Of a stretch of DNA of 64,000 nucleotides, positions 1-10,406 are shown one piece after another. How positions within the stretch are numbered: position 1 is the stretch's first letter; each line of letters starts with the position of its first letter. The notes below the pieces were generated by a model. That model did not search any database. It was not told the origin of the DNA and saw only the letters and a program-made list of their open reading frames with translations. Origin of the DNA: Candidatus Cloacimonadales bacterium (GTDB lineage: Bacteria; Cloacimonadota; Cloacimonadia; Cloacimonadales; JAIOQZ01); the NCBI GenBank assembly GCA_963674825.1, contig OY771587.1, forward strand, positions 288,001-352,000, given 5' to 3'. The translations under genes and the position numbers were made by a program.

Positions 1-66
1 TTTTTCAATAAATTCCTGCGCCTATTCGCGTCAAGAAATATTTATATCCGGGTGCAATATCGTGGA

Positions 67-2091
67 TTACGCGATCCCGCATCCGTCCGGAAAATCCTTG
101 TCTGGAACCATCACCGAGTGCTTCCCATTGTATTCTGCTGCAAGGATCATTCCCTGCGACATATGCCCCATGATTTTCCGCGGCTTCAAGTTAAGCAGCA
201 TCGCAACCGTCTTGCCGATAAGCTCTTCCGGTTCGTACGACTTCGCGATACCAGCAACCAGATCGCGTTCTTCATCCTGTATTCGCACCCGAACCTTGAG
301 CAGCTTGTTCGCCTTCTTGATCTTCTCTGCATGCAGAATCTTCACAAGGCGAATCTCAAGCTTCGTGAAATCTTCAAATTCGATCTCATCCTTGTGCTCA
401 ATTGCCGGTTTGGGATCTTCTGCAGGTTTGGAGTTTGCGATCAGATGCTGAATCTGCTCTTCGATACGTTCGTCTTCGATCTTGGGGAACAGTGTTTCGA
501 TTTCACGGATTGCGTATTTCGCTTCCGGTGTATCAAGCTCATTCCAGCTCTTGCACGCCTCAAAGCCAAACATCGCACGTAGTTGCGCCATTTTCACCGG
601 CAGCACAGGCGTATATACGATCGAAACGATACGCAGGATCTCCGCACAGACGTACATGGTTTCCATAGCCTGTGCAGGCTCGGTCTTGACGCTTTTCCAC
701 GGTTCGGTCTCATCAAAGTACTTATTGCCCAGGCGTGCGATGTCCATCGCTGTCCTTACTGCCTTGCGTACCTTATAGGTATCGTAACTATCCAGAATCC
801 AACCAGCCATCTTGCGTGCTTCTTCGAGCGTCTCGATTGCTTTCTCAGTCAATGCTTCTGGACGAGTAATTTGGCCGTCGAATGACTTTTGGGCGAACTT
901 AAACACGCGGTTCGCGAGGTTACCGAGGATGTTCGCGAGTTCACCGTTGACCCGCGCCTGGAAATCCTTCCAACTGAAGTCTGCATCCTTCGATTCAGGT
1001 GCGTTCGATGCCAGCACGTAGCGCAGAAGGTCGCCTTCGAAGTACTTCAGATAGTCTTCCACCCAGATCGCCCAGTTGCGACTGGTGGAGATTTTCTGAC
1101 CTTCGAGGTTGAGATATTCATTGGCCGGTACATCGTTCGGTAGTACATATTCTCTGTCCTGCTCCATCAGCATGGAAGGCCAGATGATGGTATGGAACGG
1201 GATGTTGTCCTTGCCAAGGAAGTGGATAAGCTTTGTCTCTGGATCGAGCCAGTAGTCTTTCCAGCGATCCGGTTCACCCATATTCTTCGCCCACTCGATG
1301 GTTGACGAGATATACCCGATCGGTGCGTCGAACCATACGTAAAGAACCTTACCGTCGGCTTCGGGCAGCGGAACCGGTACGCCCCAGTTGATGTCGCGTG
1401 TAATCGAGCGTTCGATAAGTCCTTCCTCAAGCCAGCTCATGATGAAACGGAATACGTTGTCCTTCCAATTCTCTCGTGTGTAGAGCCAGGCCTTGAGCTC
1501 CGGTTCGAATTTCGGCAAGTCCAGATACCAGTGTGTTGTCTCTTTGATCACGGGCGTGTTTCCGCAGATCTTGCATACAGGCTGACTGAGCTTGATCGCA
1601 TCGATTAGCTTCCCGCAGGCATCGCACTGATCGCCACGAGCGCCTTCCGCCCCGCAGTAAGGGCATACGCCTTCCACGTAACGATCCGCAAGGAAGCGAT
1701 TATCGTGCTCGCAGAAGTGCTGCTGCTGTGTATGCTGCGTGATGAATCCGCGGTTATATAGGCTCAGGAAGAACTCCTGTGAAAGCTTGACGTGCTCCGG
1801 ACGCGCTGTTCCGGAGAAATTATCGAACTCGAAGTTGAGTCCGTCGAAGCTACGGACGATGCTGTCGTGGAAGCGATCGACGATTTCGCGAGGTGTGACG
1901 CCCTCAGCTTCAGCACGAATCGAGATCGGCGCACCATGTTCGTCCGTTCCGCAGATATAAATTACATCTTCGCCCATCATTTTTTTATGGCGTACGAAGA
2001 TATCAGCCGGAAGATAGGCCCCGGCCACATGCCCTATATGAAGCCCCCCATTCGCGTAGGGAAGCGCACTGGTTACAAGATATTTACCCAC
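67..2091 (-). CDS. metG: Methionyl-tRNA synthetase with C-terminal tRNA-binding domain
   Basis: TSALPYANG..HIGH, GTDEHG, Zn knuckle (CPYC, CDAC, CKIC), YVWFDAPIGY, KISTS, C-terminal NLKPRKIMGHMSQGMIL; GTG start. Confidence 0.98.
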   Translation of the reverse strand: MGKYLVTSALPYANGGLHIGHVAGAYLPADIFVRHKKMMGEDVIYICGTDEHGAPISIRAEAEGVTPREIVDRFHDSIVRSFDGLNFEFDNFSGTARPEHVKLSQEFFLSLYNRGFITQHTQQQHFCEHDNRFLADRYVEGVCPYCGAEGARGDQCDACGKLIDAIKLSQPVCKICGNTPVIKETTHWYLDLPKFEPELKAWLYTRENWKDNVFRFIMSWLEEGLIERSITRDINWGVPVPLPEADGKVLYVWFDAPIGYISSTIEWAKNMGEPDRWKDYWLDPETKLIHFLGKDNIPFHTIIWPSMLMEQDREYVLPNDVPANEYLNLEGQKISTSRNWAIWVEDYLKYFEGDLLRYVLASNAPESKDADFSWKDFQARVNGELANILGNLANRVFKFAQKSFDGQITRPEALTEKAIETLEEARKMAGWILDSYDTYKVRKAVRTAMDIARLGNKYFDETEPWKSVKTEPAQAMETMYVCAEILRIVSIVYTPVLPVKMAQLRAMFGFEACKSWNELDTPEAKYAIREIETLFPKIEDERIEEQIQHLIANSKPAEDPKPAIEHKDEIEFEDFTKLEIRLVKILHAEKIKKANKLLKVRVRIQDEERDLVAGIAKSYEPEELIGKTVAMLLNLKPRKIMGHMSQGMILAAEYNGKHSVMVPDKDFPDGCGIA

Positions 2092-2190
2092 AATTCACTC
2101 CTGTTTCGTGATGGATAAACCATGTACTCAAAACGTGTTTGGCTGTCAATGAAAGGATTCCGGGAATTTGTCTTACCATAGTAGAAAATT

Positions 2191-2225
2191 ATCGGACTCC
2201 GTCACCTTGATTGACGAAGCCCGAT
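2191..2225 (-). terminator. Probable intrinsic terminator of GNAT-racemase operon
   Basis: Minus-strand stem ATCGGGCTTCGTCA/TGACGGAGTCCGAT (with G:U pairs) followed by AATTTTC. Confidence 0.55.
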
Positions 2226-2253
2226 TCGATAGTTTTAGTCCAATATGTTCTGA

Positions 2254-3327
2254 TTAATTCTTGATCCTCTTCTCGATGTATCTCGAATTCATAAGCCGCA
2301 GCAATCCCATGTAGTCCATCCGGAATTCCAGGAGGTCGCCTACCTTATAATTATTAGGATTGTCTTTTAAATCGATCACAAGCATATCCGAGCTCGCACC
2401 GGCAAATTGCACTTCGGTGTCAGAGCACCATATGTGCTTCTCATCGACATCCAGGAGTCCAAGATCCACGATCGCACGGAACGAAACCTTGCCGACTTCC
2501 CGGTCATCGAAATCAAAAGTCTTACCATCCACATTGGAGCCCATCATGCCAGAAGGCACACTGGGTTTCTCCATCAGTTCGATGATCTCGGCGTAGAGCT
2601 TGAAGATATCGTGCTTCATTTCTGGTATAAGGCTGTTGTTGAAAACATTCGTACCGAGATAGAGCGTTTCGCCCACACGAAAATGATTGATCCCTTTCGG
2701 GAGTGTATTCTTGAGCAAAATTGGGATCACTACGGAGCTACCTCCGGAAACATAAGGTAGATTCCGGTTGAATTTCGCCTCGATGAGCTGCTCATAAAGG
2801 CTCAATTGGATCAGCTTGTCTTCGTGCGGCAAGACACCGTACAGGCAGCTAAAATTCGTACCGATACCGACAACCTTGATATTCTCCATCTTGAAGACAC
2901 TTTTATAGAACTGCACAAATTCATCTCGCAGCACGCCTTCTCTAAGTTCTCCCATTTCCAGCATGATGATGATTTTATGAGTGATGCCTTGCTTACGGGC
3001 AGCCCGTGAAAGTGCTTTAATCGTCGCAATCTCTGTGTTAACGCTGATATCCGCATATCTCACTACGCTGGCTACATTTTTCCCTGCAGGCGGTTTGATG
3101 TAAACCGTCTCTACATCTGGTGCGAGTGCCTTGATTGTTTTAAGATTCATCAGGCGAGAATCGCAAACCTGCTTCACACCAAGTTTCAATATCTCAGTCA
3201 GAAACATCCGGTTTCCGCATAGCATCTTGGTTACAACAGCCCACTGGATATTGTTACTCACAAACAGATTGTCTAAAAACCTGTAGTTGAACTCCAGCTT
3301 TCCAACATCCATTTCCAGATATGCCAT
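2254..3327 (-). CDS. Alanine/ornithine racemase-family PLP-dependent enzyme
   Basis: AVVTK (PLP Lys), DSRLMN, EMGELREG, GIGTNFSC, SGGSS, HFRVGE, GASSDML. Confidence 0.9.
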   Translation of the reverse strand: MAYLEMDVGKLEFNYRFLDNLFVSNNIQWAVVTKMLCGNRMFLTEILKLGVKQVCDSRLMNLKTIKALAPDVETVYIKPPAGKNVASVVRYADISVNTEIATIKALSRAARKQGITHKIIIMLEMGELREGVLRDEFVQFYKSVFKMENIKVVGIGTNFSCLYGVLPHEDKLIQLSLYEQLIEAKFNRNLPYVSGGSSVVIPILLKNTLPKGINHFRVGETLYLGTNVFNNSLIPEMKHDIFKLYAEIIELMEKPSVPSGMMGSNVDGKTFDFDDREVGKVSFRAIVDLGLLDVDEKHIWCSDTEVQFAGASSDMLVIDLKDNPNNYKVGDLLEFRMDYMGLLRLMNSRYIEKRIKN

Positions 3328-3779
3328 TATTCCGATCCTCGTTTGTAACGCATCTCAAGATACTTGCTGGTAAATCCCACCTTTTCATATAAGAATTTTG
3401 CTGGGTTATCTGGTTCGACATGAAGTTTTAAATCGCCCTCGGTGTTTTCGATTGCTTGCTGCATGAGATATTTCCCGATCTTCTTCCCGCGGTAATCTCG
3501 ATGTACGGCAATATAAACGAGAATATTCTCGGGAATGTAGCCGTCCATACCGGTACGATTCAACACAACCGCACCCACGATCGTGCCATTTATCTCGGCT
3601 TTCAGTATCTTGCCGCCGAAAGAATCGAATTCCTTCAATGCATAATCGATTGATCTCCTGATATCATTTCGTGGGTCGCCAAATTGTTCCAAATGTTCGA
3701 AAAGAAAATCAGCAATTGCGTTCTTCGTTTCTATTGTCGGTTTTCTTTCCGGTGTATAGACTGTTAGTGTGGTATCCAT
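3327..3779 (-). CDS. GNAT family N-acetyltransferase
   Basis: YIAVHRDYRGKKIGK acetyl-CoA motif, LHVEPDNPAKFLYEKVGF; ATG 3779 preceded by GGAGG; 1-nt overlap with racemase start. Confidence 0.92.
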   Translation of the reverse strand: MDTTLTVYTPERKPTIETKNAIADFLFEHLEQFGDPRNDIRRSIDYALKEFDSFGGKILKAEINGTIVGAVVLNRTGMDGYIPENILVYIAVHRDYRGKKIGKYLMQQAIENTEGDLKLHVEPDNPAKFLYEKVGFTSKYLEMRYKRGSE

Positions 3780-3836
3780 CTTAAGTTCCTCCATATTGTT
3801 AAATGTGTATGTCAGGTGCAAAATCAGACGAGGCGA

Positions 3837-3902
3837 TCACAAACCATTTGAGAGTGTTATGATAAGGTTAACGACGGTCTTTGCATTACATTTCAGAAAC
3901 AT
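3837..3902 (-). CDS. Candidate leaderless leader peptide, 21 aa (MFLKCNAKTVVNLIITLSNGL)
   Basis: ATG 7 nt downstream of a TATAAT box; stop 57 nt before the GNAT start. Confidence 0.4.
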   Translation of the reverse strand: MFLKCNAKTVVNLIITLSNGL

Positions 3903-3909
3903 ACAAGCC

Positions 3910-3937
3910 ATTATAATCGTGTCCGCGAGGGAGTCAA
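3910..3937 (-). promoter_or_regulatory. Sigma70-type promoter for GNAT-racemase operon
   Basis: TTGACT-N16-TATAAT on minus strand. Confidence 0.7.
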
Positions 3938-4453
3938 GCATTAATTCACTGTAATTATTCACCTGGAAATTGCTCTGCCCTGAATATTCACACCTAGTTT
4001 GATTTTCGATTAAGATATTTTTTTTTATTCTTTCTTTGGCATGATACATTGAGACTCTGAATTCCAGAATGGAACACAAATCGCTTCCAACGTATTCTCT
4101 TGTAAGTAATAATGACATTCAACGCAAAAAGGGAATCATAAAAAACGTGTTTTTAAAAAAAATTTCTGGACATCATTTCTCTTCAGGCCGATATCTGGAC
4201 ATGAGTAAGTTTTGGCATACGATCTTATGATCGATTGAAATTTATTGGGGTGCTTCTGAAACAAGAATCAGTTTTGTCCATGTGAATGATGTTTGCATGA
4301 CATTTTTCTTTGCATCCCGCTGTTCTTTCACACGTTAGCAGCGTTGAGAGCGAAATGAATCTGTGACAGCAACAGAACTTGAATATCGTACAAGAAACCC
4401 AGATAAGTCGAATATTGCAACCACAATAGAAATCACACAGTTATGGAGGTGGA

Positions 4454-7400
4454 ATGAAAACGTACAATTCACGCAAATTCATGTTATTGATCAGTTTACT
4501 GATGATCGCTTTTAGCGTTCACGCAGCATATGTCGAGATTGGCACAGGCACATCCTCGACAAACTATGCGCCTTTTACAGGTCTATGGGACTATAGCTGG
4601 TCACGGTCTGTTTATCTGCAATCCGAAATCGGTATGTCGATGGACATTTCCTCACTTAGCTACTACGTTGGTTCAAATCCAGCAAATTTCACGATCGACA
4701 ATCTTTCCTGCTACATCAAACACACGTCTGACGCTACATTTACCAGCCCGGCATACATAGCCGATCCAGTTGCTGAAGGTTTTCAGCTCTGTTATACGGG
4801 AAGCCAGACATTTAATGGCGGAGGCTGGCACGAGATTAATCTCGATACAGCTTTCTCTTATAACGGTACTGACAACCTGATCATCATGTGGGATTCTCAC
4901 GATGGTAGCTGGGCAAGCGGTGGTCCTTCCTTCCTATACACAAGCGCACCAGAACGCGTTGTGTATGATGTACAGGACAGTATCTATCCGGCAGAAGATG
5001 GAACCATCAGTGATTACTTGCCGAATACCCGGTTACATTACGAACTGGTAGGTGGACCCGGGGAACCGACTACTCCCAATCCAACCGACGGTCTTACCGA
5101 CGTATCCATCAACCTGAGCAACGTTTCCTGGACATCCGGTGGCAATACAACCAACTACGATGTCTATTTCGGAACTGACTATCCTCCGACGACCATGATC
5201 GCGGACAACATGGCTGCCCTGGCAAGCTCAGTGAACCTTCCGGCCACACTCGAATACGGAACCACCTATTACTGGAAAGTGATAGCTCGTAACCTCGTTG
5301 GTGAAGTAAGCAGCCCGATCTGGAGCTTCATCACTGAAGACGAAACAATCACAACTTTCCCTTATGAGACTTCTTTCGATACATTCCCACCTACAAGCTG
5401 GGATCTTACTGGCGGAATTCGCAACTGGGCTGCATATAATAGCGGCGACCTCCATTGCGCATACGCTAACTTCTGGGGCTGGAGCACCGGCGAATGCCAT
5501 ATGAAAACCCCGTCTATGGTACTTCCCGATGCTGCAATGCTTTCCTTCAGCTGGTCTCATTTTTATAACACAAGCTATCCGAATGACGCGCTTACCGTTC
5601 AGATCAGTACTGACGGTGGCGAGAATTGGACAGAACTGTGGTACCGTGTTGGCGAGAATTTCGATTCCGGTGACGGCGCAGGCAACACATCTCCTGGCAG
5701 CTTCACTCAGGCTTCTGTTAGCCTCGCAGCATATGCCGGTCAGAATGTTATCGTGAACTTCTTAGGAACTTCAGGATATGGCCCGAACGTTTATCTCGAC
5801 GACATTTCCTTCTTCTCAAACAACTCAGCTCCGAATCCCGTCACGCTTATCGCGCCGGCTGATCTCGAAACTGAAGTACTGGTAAATGGCAACCTTGCAT
5901 GGAACGGAAGTGGCCTGGCGACTGGCTTCTATCTGTATTTTGGAACCGACAACCCGCCCACAAACATCGTCAATGGTGAAAACCAGGGCACAAATACATC
6001 ATACGCGTTCAATGGCCTTACGGCCTCGACCGTTTACTACTGGCAGGTTGTTCCCTTCAATGAAAGCGGTAGCGCAACCGGTTGCCCAATTTGGAGCTTC
6101 ACGACTCAGGTGCTGCCGACGCTTTCCGAAGAAGTATATCCTGTTGACAATGCTATCGACATTCCTCTCTCATTTGATCTGGAATGGGAAGCAAGTATTG
6201 GCGCTGATGGATACAAGGTTTTCCTTGGAACCGACGATCCTCCAACAAACATCATGAATGGTGATGTTATCGAAGACGGACTGACCGCTGCGGTTAGCGG
6301 CTTAGCTGGCGAAACTGAATATTTCTGGCAGGTCGTCCCCTTCAATACAAACGGTGACGCAATCGATGCCGAAATCTGGAGCTTCACTACCTATGGTGCT
6401 CCTGACACGACATCTGTTTACGCTCCCGCCAATAATGCAACCAATCGTCCTGAAACTGGCGCTCTCGCATGGGAACCGGTCAGTGGAGCAGACGGTTACA
6501 GGGTCAAATTCGGCACAGATAACCCGCCTACAACGGAATATGAAGTCGGAACCGACACATACTTCGATTTCGGCGTACTCGAATACAGCACAACCTATTA
6601 CTGGCAGGTTATGCCCTATAATGAAATAGGCAATGCTGCCGACTGCCCGATTTGGAACTTCACAACCACTGATACCGGCACATTTACCGGTACCGATGGT
6701 ACATACTACTTCGCGAACTCCATGGCAGACGCTGTCTCCAAGCCGACTTACCAGTGGGTCGACTTCTCAGGCCATACAGAACTCCCGGCTACCCCGGAAA
6801 ATGGTTCTGTTGACGATGGTAACTGGCTTGTCGATCTTCCGTTCAGCTTCCCGCTTTACGGTGCTGATAAGAATTCAATGTATGTAACAACCAACGGTAT
6901 TCTCATGTTCACACAATCATCACCGTACTCGAATGCGTTCATTCCGAATACATCAACACCGAACGAATTCATCGCGATTGTATGGGATGACTTCCAGTGC
7001 TACTCAACAAGTGATGTTCACATTTACTACGGTGGCGACGAAAATAGCTTCACTGTTACATACTGGCACCTTCCGCGCAGAAACGCTGCTGATTACTACA
7101 TGACCATGCAGGCTACGCTGTTCCCGGATGGTAAAATCATCATGTGCTACAACGCTGATGAATCCACAACAATGCCTTGGTACTACTCTGGCTACACTTA
7201 CTCCAGTACAATCGGTATCGAAAATGCTGACGGTACGGTAGGTGTTCAGTATCGTGCAGGCTTTGCCTCCAGCACATCCGCGATGTCCGAATGGGTTGGT
7301 GGACCGATCTTCGATCCGATCAATGGCGACCTCGCTCTTTGCTTCGGCACAGATATGAACGACCTGAACTGGCCGACCGGTGGACTCGATGCACCGACAA

Positions 7401-7702
7401 ACGTAGTGATCACGATTGACGGCAATAACGCTAACCTCACATGGGAAGCAGTTGCTGGCGCTACTGAATACGAAATCTATAGTTCTGACACACCGAATGG
7501 AACCTACTCATTCGTTACTGTCGCATTGGATACTACAGCGTCAGTCGAGATTATCGACGGTGCCAAGTTCTTCTACGTAGTTGCTACCGATGGTACGGTA
7601 CGTCACGCACAAGCACCGGTTGTCCGCAAACAGCAGGCAACCAAGAATACTGCGACTCGCACAACCGACGCGACTCGCACATCCAAGAAGATCTCTAAAT
7701 AG
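4454..7702 (+). CDS. Large secreted multidomain protein (adhesin-like jelly-roll domains, repeated Fn3-like modules, nidogen-like domain, C-terminal Fn3)
   Basis: Signal peptide; four repeats of 'FGTD(N/Y/D)PPT...Y(Y/F)W(Q/K)V'; LDAPTNVVIT..LTWEAVAGATEYEIY Fn3; GGAGG RBS. Confidence 0.85.
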   Translation: MKTYNSRKFMLLISLLMIAFSVHAAYVEIGTGTSSTNYAPFTGLWDYSWSRSVYLQSEIGMSMDISSLSYYVGSNPANFTIDNLSCYIKHTSDATFTSPAYIADPVAEGFQLCYTGSQTFNGGGWHEINLDTAFSYNGTDNLIIMWDSHDGSWASGGPSFLYTSAPERVVYDVQDSIYPAEDGTISDYLPNTRLHYELVGGPGEPTTPNPTDGLTDVSINLSNVSWTSGGNTTNYDVYFGTDYPPTTMIADNMAALASSVNLPATLEYGTTYYWKVIARNLVGEVSSPIWSFITEDETITTFPYETSFDTFPPTSWDLTGGIRNWAAYNSGDLHCAYANFWGWSTGECHMKTPSMVLPDAAMLSFSWSHFYNTSYPNDALTVQISTDGGENWTELWYRVGENFDSGDGAGNTSPGSFTQASVSLAAYAGQNVIVNFLGTSGYGPNVYLDDISFFSNNSAPNPVTLIAPADLETEVLVNGNLAWNGSGLATGFYLYFGTDNPPTNIVNGENQGTNTSYAFNGLTASTVYYWQVVPFNESGSATGCPIWSFTTQVLPTLSEEVYPVDNAIDIPLSFDLEWEASIGADGYKVFLGTDDPPTNIMNGDVIEDGLTAAVSGLAGETEYFWQVVPFNTNGDAIDAEIWSFTTYGAPDTTSVYAPANNATNRPETGALAWEPVSGADGYRVKFGTDNPPTTEYEVGTDTYFDFGVLEYSTTYYWQVMPYNEIGNAADCPIWNFTTTDTGTFTGTDGTYYFANSMADAVSKPTYQWVDFSGHTELPATPENGSVDDGNWLVDLPFSFPLYGADKNSMYVTTNGILMFTQSSPYSNAFIPNTSTPNEFIAIVWDDFQCYSTSDVHIYYGGDENSFTVTYWHLPRRNAADYYMTMQATLFPDGKIIMCYNADESTTMPWYYSGYTYSSTIGIENADGTVGVQYRAGFASSTSAMSEWVGGPIFDPINGDLALCFGTDMNDLNWPTGGLDAPTNVVITIDGNNANLTWEAVAGATEYEIYSSDTPNGTYSFVTVALDTTASVEIIDGAKFFYVVATDGTVRHAQAPVVRKQQATKNTATRTTDATRTSKKISK

Positions 7703-7731
7703 TGGGTTAATTCCCCTCTTATTGCCATAAC

Positions 7732-7764
7732 GCCGGCTGTCCCCGCAGCCGGCATTTTCTTTTT
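7732..7764 (+). terminator. Intrinsic terminator
   Basis: GCCGGCTG/CAGCCGGC stem followed by ATTTTCTTTTT. Confidence 0.8.
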
Positions 7765-7841
7765 CATAAACTATTGGTACTCACACAGCGCTTACAGAAG
7801 CGGGAAATAGCATTCCTGCTGGAAGCGATGCTTTCCCCAAG

Positions 7842-7872
7842 AAAAAAGGGCAATCACCATGGATTGCCCTTT
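7842..7872 (-). terminator. Intrinsic terminator of gltS
   Basis: AAAGGGCAATC/GATTGCCCTTT stem with A-run on + strand. Confidence 0.75.
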
Positions 7873-7894
7873 CAATAAAAACATACGATAAGAA

Positions 7895-9256
7895 TCAATT
7901 AACAGATGGCGCGATCCTGAGCTTCCTAAAGAAAAGAAACCACACGACCAGCCACACTACAATCGCTCCGAGCGATATCAGCAGCACTGGGAAACCACCA
8001 AACAGAACAATTAATGGAATCGCAGAAGATGTCCAGAGTCCTCCCCCCATGAAAGGCTCGTGCAGGAGCTGTTTATACGCGAAAGCCTGCGCAGCGTTTG
8101 TTTTATTCTCCGGATCCGCCGCACGCAGTAATAGAAGCCCTGTTGCAGTAACGCCCATCGATTGGCCCATCTCGGCAATCGCGCGCTCAAACCAGCTGTC
8201 TGCAAACCACCTTGGCGCCATAAACAGCACACAAAATACATTCCATAAAGTCCCCGCAAGTACGATGATAAGGAAAGGAACCAGGTTGTTCGTAATCACC
8301 TCAATACGAATCGTCGCTATTGCTGCCACCACGAGGAAATCCAGCGCCAGGCCAGCGAGCCGCTTGGACAGCCCGGAGTCGATGACATCAAAACGATTCG
8401 ATTTAGACGAAAGCGTCTGCACGATCAGTCCACCGACCATACTCAGAGGAAACAGAGGGAATCCCTGGAAAATCTTGTTTTCGCTCAAAACAGGAACAGC
8501 TCCTTCAATGAATAGCATGCCCTGTTTTATCAGCCACCCGATTAACACGGCAATGCCAATCATAGCCAGGTGCAGCGCAAGTGAATCTACTGAATCAGCG
8601 GACACCGTTTCATATCCCGCAATGGGACGCTGATTTTTGGGGTAAATTCCATCACCACCGGTCACGATGTCGGTGCCGGTTGCTTCCAGCCAGTTACGGC
8701 GCTTGGCTACATTGATCAGCGCGATACCGATGATCACAGCCAGAATGATTCCAGCCGTGGCAGATGCCAGACAGAGGTCGGTACCAGACTTCCAGTCAAA
8801 GTTTGCAAACGTATCTTTCAATCCACCGGCAGTACCATGACCACCTTCGAATCCCACGGGGATCACGACGCCGAAAAGGTCGGGAAGCTTCCAGATTGGC
8901 TTCAAAAGCGCAAGTGTCAGGCCGAGGCCCACCACATACTGCCCCCAGACCACGATTTGACCGTATGCAAGTTGCGGTCCGGCGATTTTCCATGATCTGG
9001 ACAGGCTTGGAATCGCTACCCCCAAAAAGAGCGAAGCAAACACAATATTGATCAGAAATCCCGGGAGCTTGCTCCAGCCAGCTGTCCAGCCCACAGCAAA
9101 GTCGCTGGATCCGATAATCTGAAGCGCAACCAAGCCGATCACGCCACCTATAACCGACGCCGGAAGGTAGAGTCTCTGCAGGATGGGGATTTGGGTTCGA
9201 ATCCATTTGCCGAGGAAGAGTAGTACACAGATACCGATAAAGGATGTCACAATCAT
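7895..9256 (-). CDS. gltS: Sodium:glutamate symporter family transporter
   Basis: LPASVIGG, GFEGGHGTAG, GQSMGVTATGLLLLR..DP; many TM helices; start MIVTSF with GAGG RBS. Confidence 0.88.
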   Translation of the reverse strand: MIVTSFIGICVLLFLGKWIRTQIPILQRLYLPASVIGGVIGLVALQIIGSSDFAVGWTAGWSKLPGFLINIVFASLFLGVAIPSLSRSWKIAGPQLAYGQIVVWGQYVVGLGLTLALLKPIWKLPDLFGVVIPVGFEGGHGTAGGLKDTFANFDWKSGTDLCLASATAGIILAVIIGIALINVAKRRNWLEATGTDIVTGGDGIYPKNQRPIAGYETVSADSVDSLALHLAMIGIAVLIGWLIKQGMLFIEGAVPVLSENKIFQGFPLFPLSMVGGLIVQTLSSKSNRFDVIDSGLSKRLAGLALDFLVVAAIATIRIEVITNNLVPFLIIVLAGTLWNVFCVLFMAPRWFADSWFERAIAEMGQSMGVTATGLLLLRAADPENKTNAAQAFAYKQLLHEPFMGGGLWTSSAIPLIVLFGGFPVLLISLGAIVVWLVVWFLFFRKLRIAPSVN

Positions 9257-9453
9257 AATAACCTCGTATGTGCTGATAGCTAAACAATCCGGTTCATTGT
9301 TGCGGTTGTAAAGGAAAATCATTCGTTCGCATTAATTATGAATATTTATCGTCATCGCATCGTATTGCAATAGAGCCGATTGCATTTCGCAAGTCACATC
9401 ATGACCTACATCCGATCGAGGATAATCTTGACAAACGAAACGCCAATCACCCA

Positions 9454-9477
9454 TAGTGGTACCTGTTAGTAACACTA
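9454..9477. promoter_or_regulatory. Imperfect inverted repeat, candidate TrmB-family operator overlapping the promoter
   Basis: TAGTGGTAC-N6-GTAACACTA (8/9 match), downstream of TTGACA at 9428-9433 and just upstream of the RBS. Confidence 0.5.
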
Positions 9478-9492
9478 ATCGAGGATGATGAT

Positions 9493-10362
9493 ATGAATGA
9501 CCAACAGAGAATCGAATTGCTGATCGAGTTTGGACTTACGCAAGTTGAAGCAAACGTTTACTTTGCACTACTGAAAGAATCACCGCAATCAGGTTATAGT
9601 ATCGCGCAGCAAATCGGGAAATCACGTTCCAATGTCTATCAAGCACTGAAGTCACTTGAACAAAAAGGGACGATCGTACAGCTTCAGGGGACCAAAAATC
9701 AGGTCTTTCAGGCAATACCTGTCGAGCAGATGTTGGAGCTGAAGGAGCGGGAATTCGAGAACCAGCGGAAAAAAGTCACAGACGCCTTTCGCAATATGAA
9801 GCAACAGGAGCAAGTTGAATCGATCTATTACCTGCAAAGCATGGAGCAAGTTTACGAGAAAGCAATCCAGGTAATCGATCAGACTCAGAAGATCGTCTTC
9901 ATCGAAGCTGAACCTCATCATTTCGAGAATATCAGGGAGGCAGTACGTCGTGCGGTCGATCGCGGTGTAATCGTAGCGATCTACACTTCGGAGATGGAGT
10001 CGTTCGAGGGTGCGGAAGTAATCCGGCACGACACCATGCATATCAGCAACCTTGTCACCGAAAGCTGGAATATCAACTGGTTTTGCATCGCGGCAGACGG
10101 CAGCCAATTCATTATCACCACAACCAAACAGAAGACCGAAGAGCTGATTCACGCGCTCTACAGCGGCAATCGCTATCTGGCTGGGTGGGTGTTCAGCGAT
10201 ATGATCTACCAAATCGGATATTACAGCATCATTACCATGTTCAATCAAGGAATGTCGCGTGATGACATCTGGCAGAACATCCAAGTATACATCAAAAAGT
10301 TTGTGGGGCACGCGCCGGGAATCGCGGATCTGAGAAAAGAATATTCGAAGACCAAAAGCTGA
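9493..10362 (+). CDS. TrmB family transcriptional regulator
   Basis: FGLTQVEANVYFALL..SGYSIA..SRSNVYQALKSLEQKG wHTH plus effector domain. Confidence 0.92.
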   Translation: MNDQQRIELLIEFGLTQVEANVYFALLKESPQSGYSIAQQIGKSRSNVYQALKSLEQKGTIVQLQGTKNQVFQAIPVEQMLELKEREFENQRKKVTDAFRNMKQQEQVESIYYLQSMEQVYEKAIQVIDQTQKIVFIEAEPHHFENIREAVRRAVDRGVIVAIYTSEMESFEGAEVIRHDTMHISNLVTESWNINWFCIAADGSQFIITTTKQKTEELIHALYSGNRYLAGWVFSDMIYQIGYYSIITMFNQGMSRDDIWQNIQVYIKKFVGHAPGIADLRKEYSKTKS

Positions 10363-10406
10363 CGTGTGTTAAGATCATTTCACATAACCGAATGAAGGAG
10401 AGAATC

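Noticed and set aside
4165..4202. Direct repeat TCTGGACAT x2 upstream of the large secreted gene
   Set aside because: Only two 9-bp copies in an AT-rich spacer; not enough to call an operator
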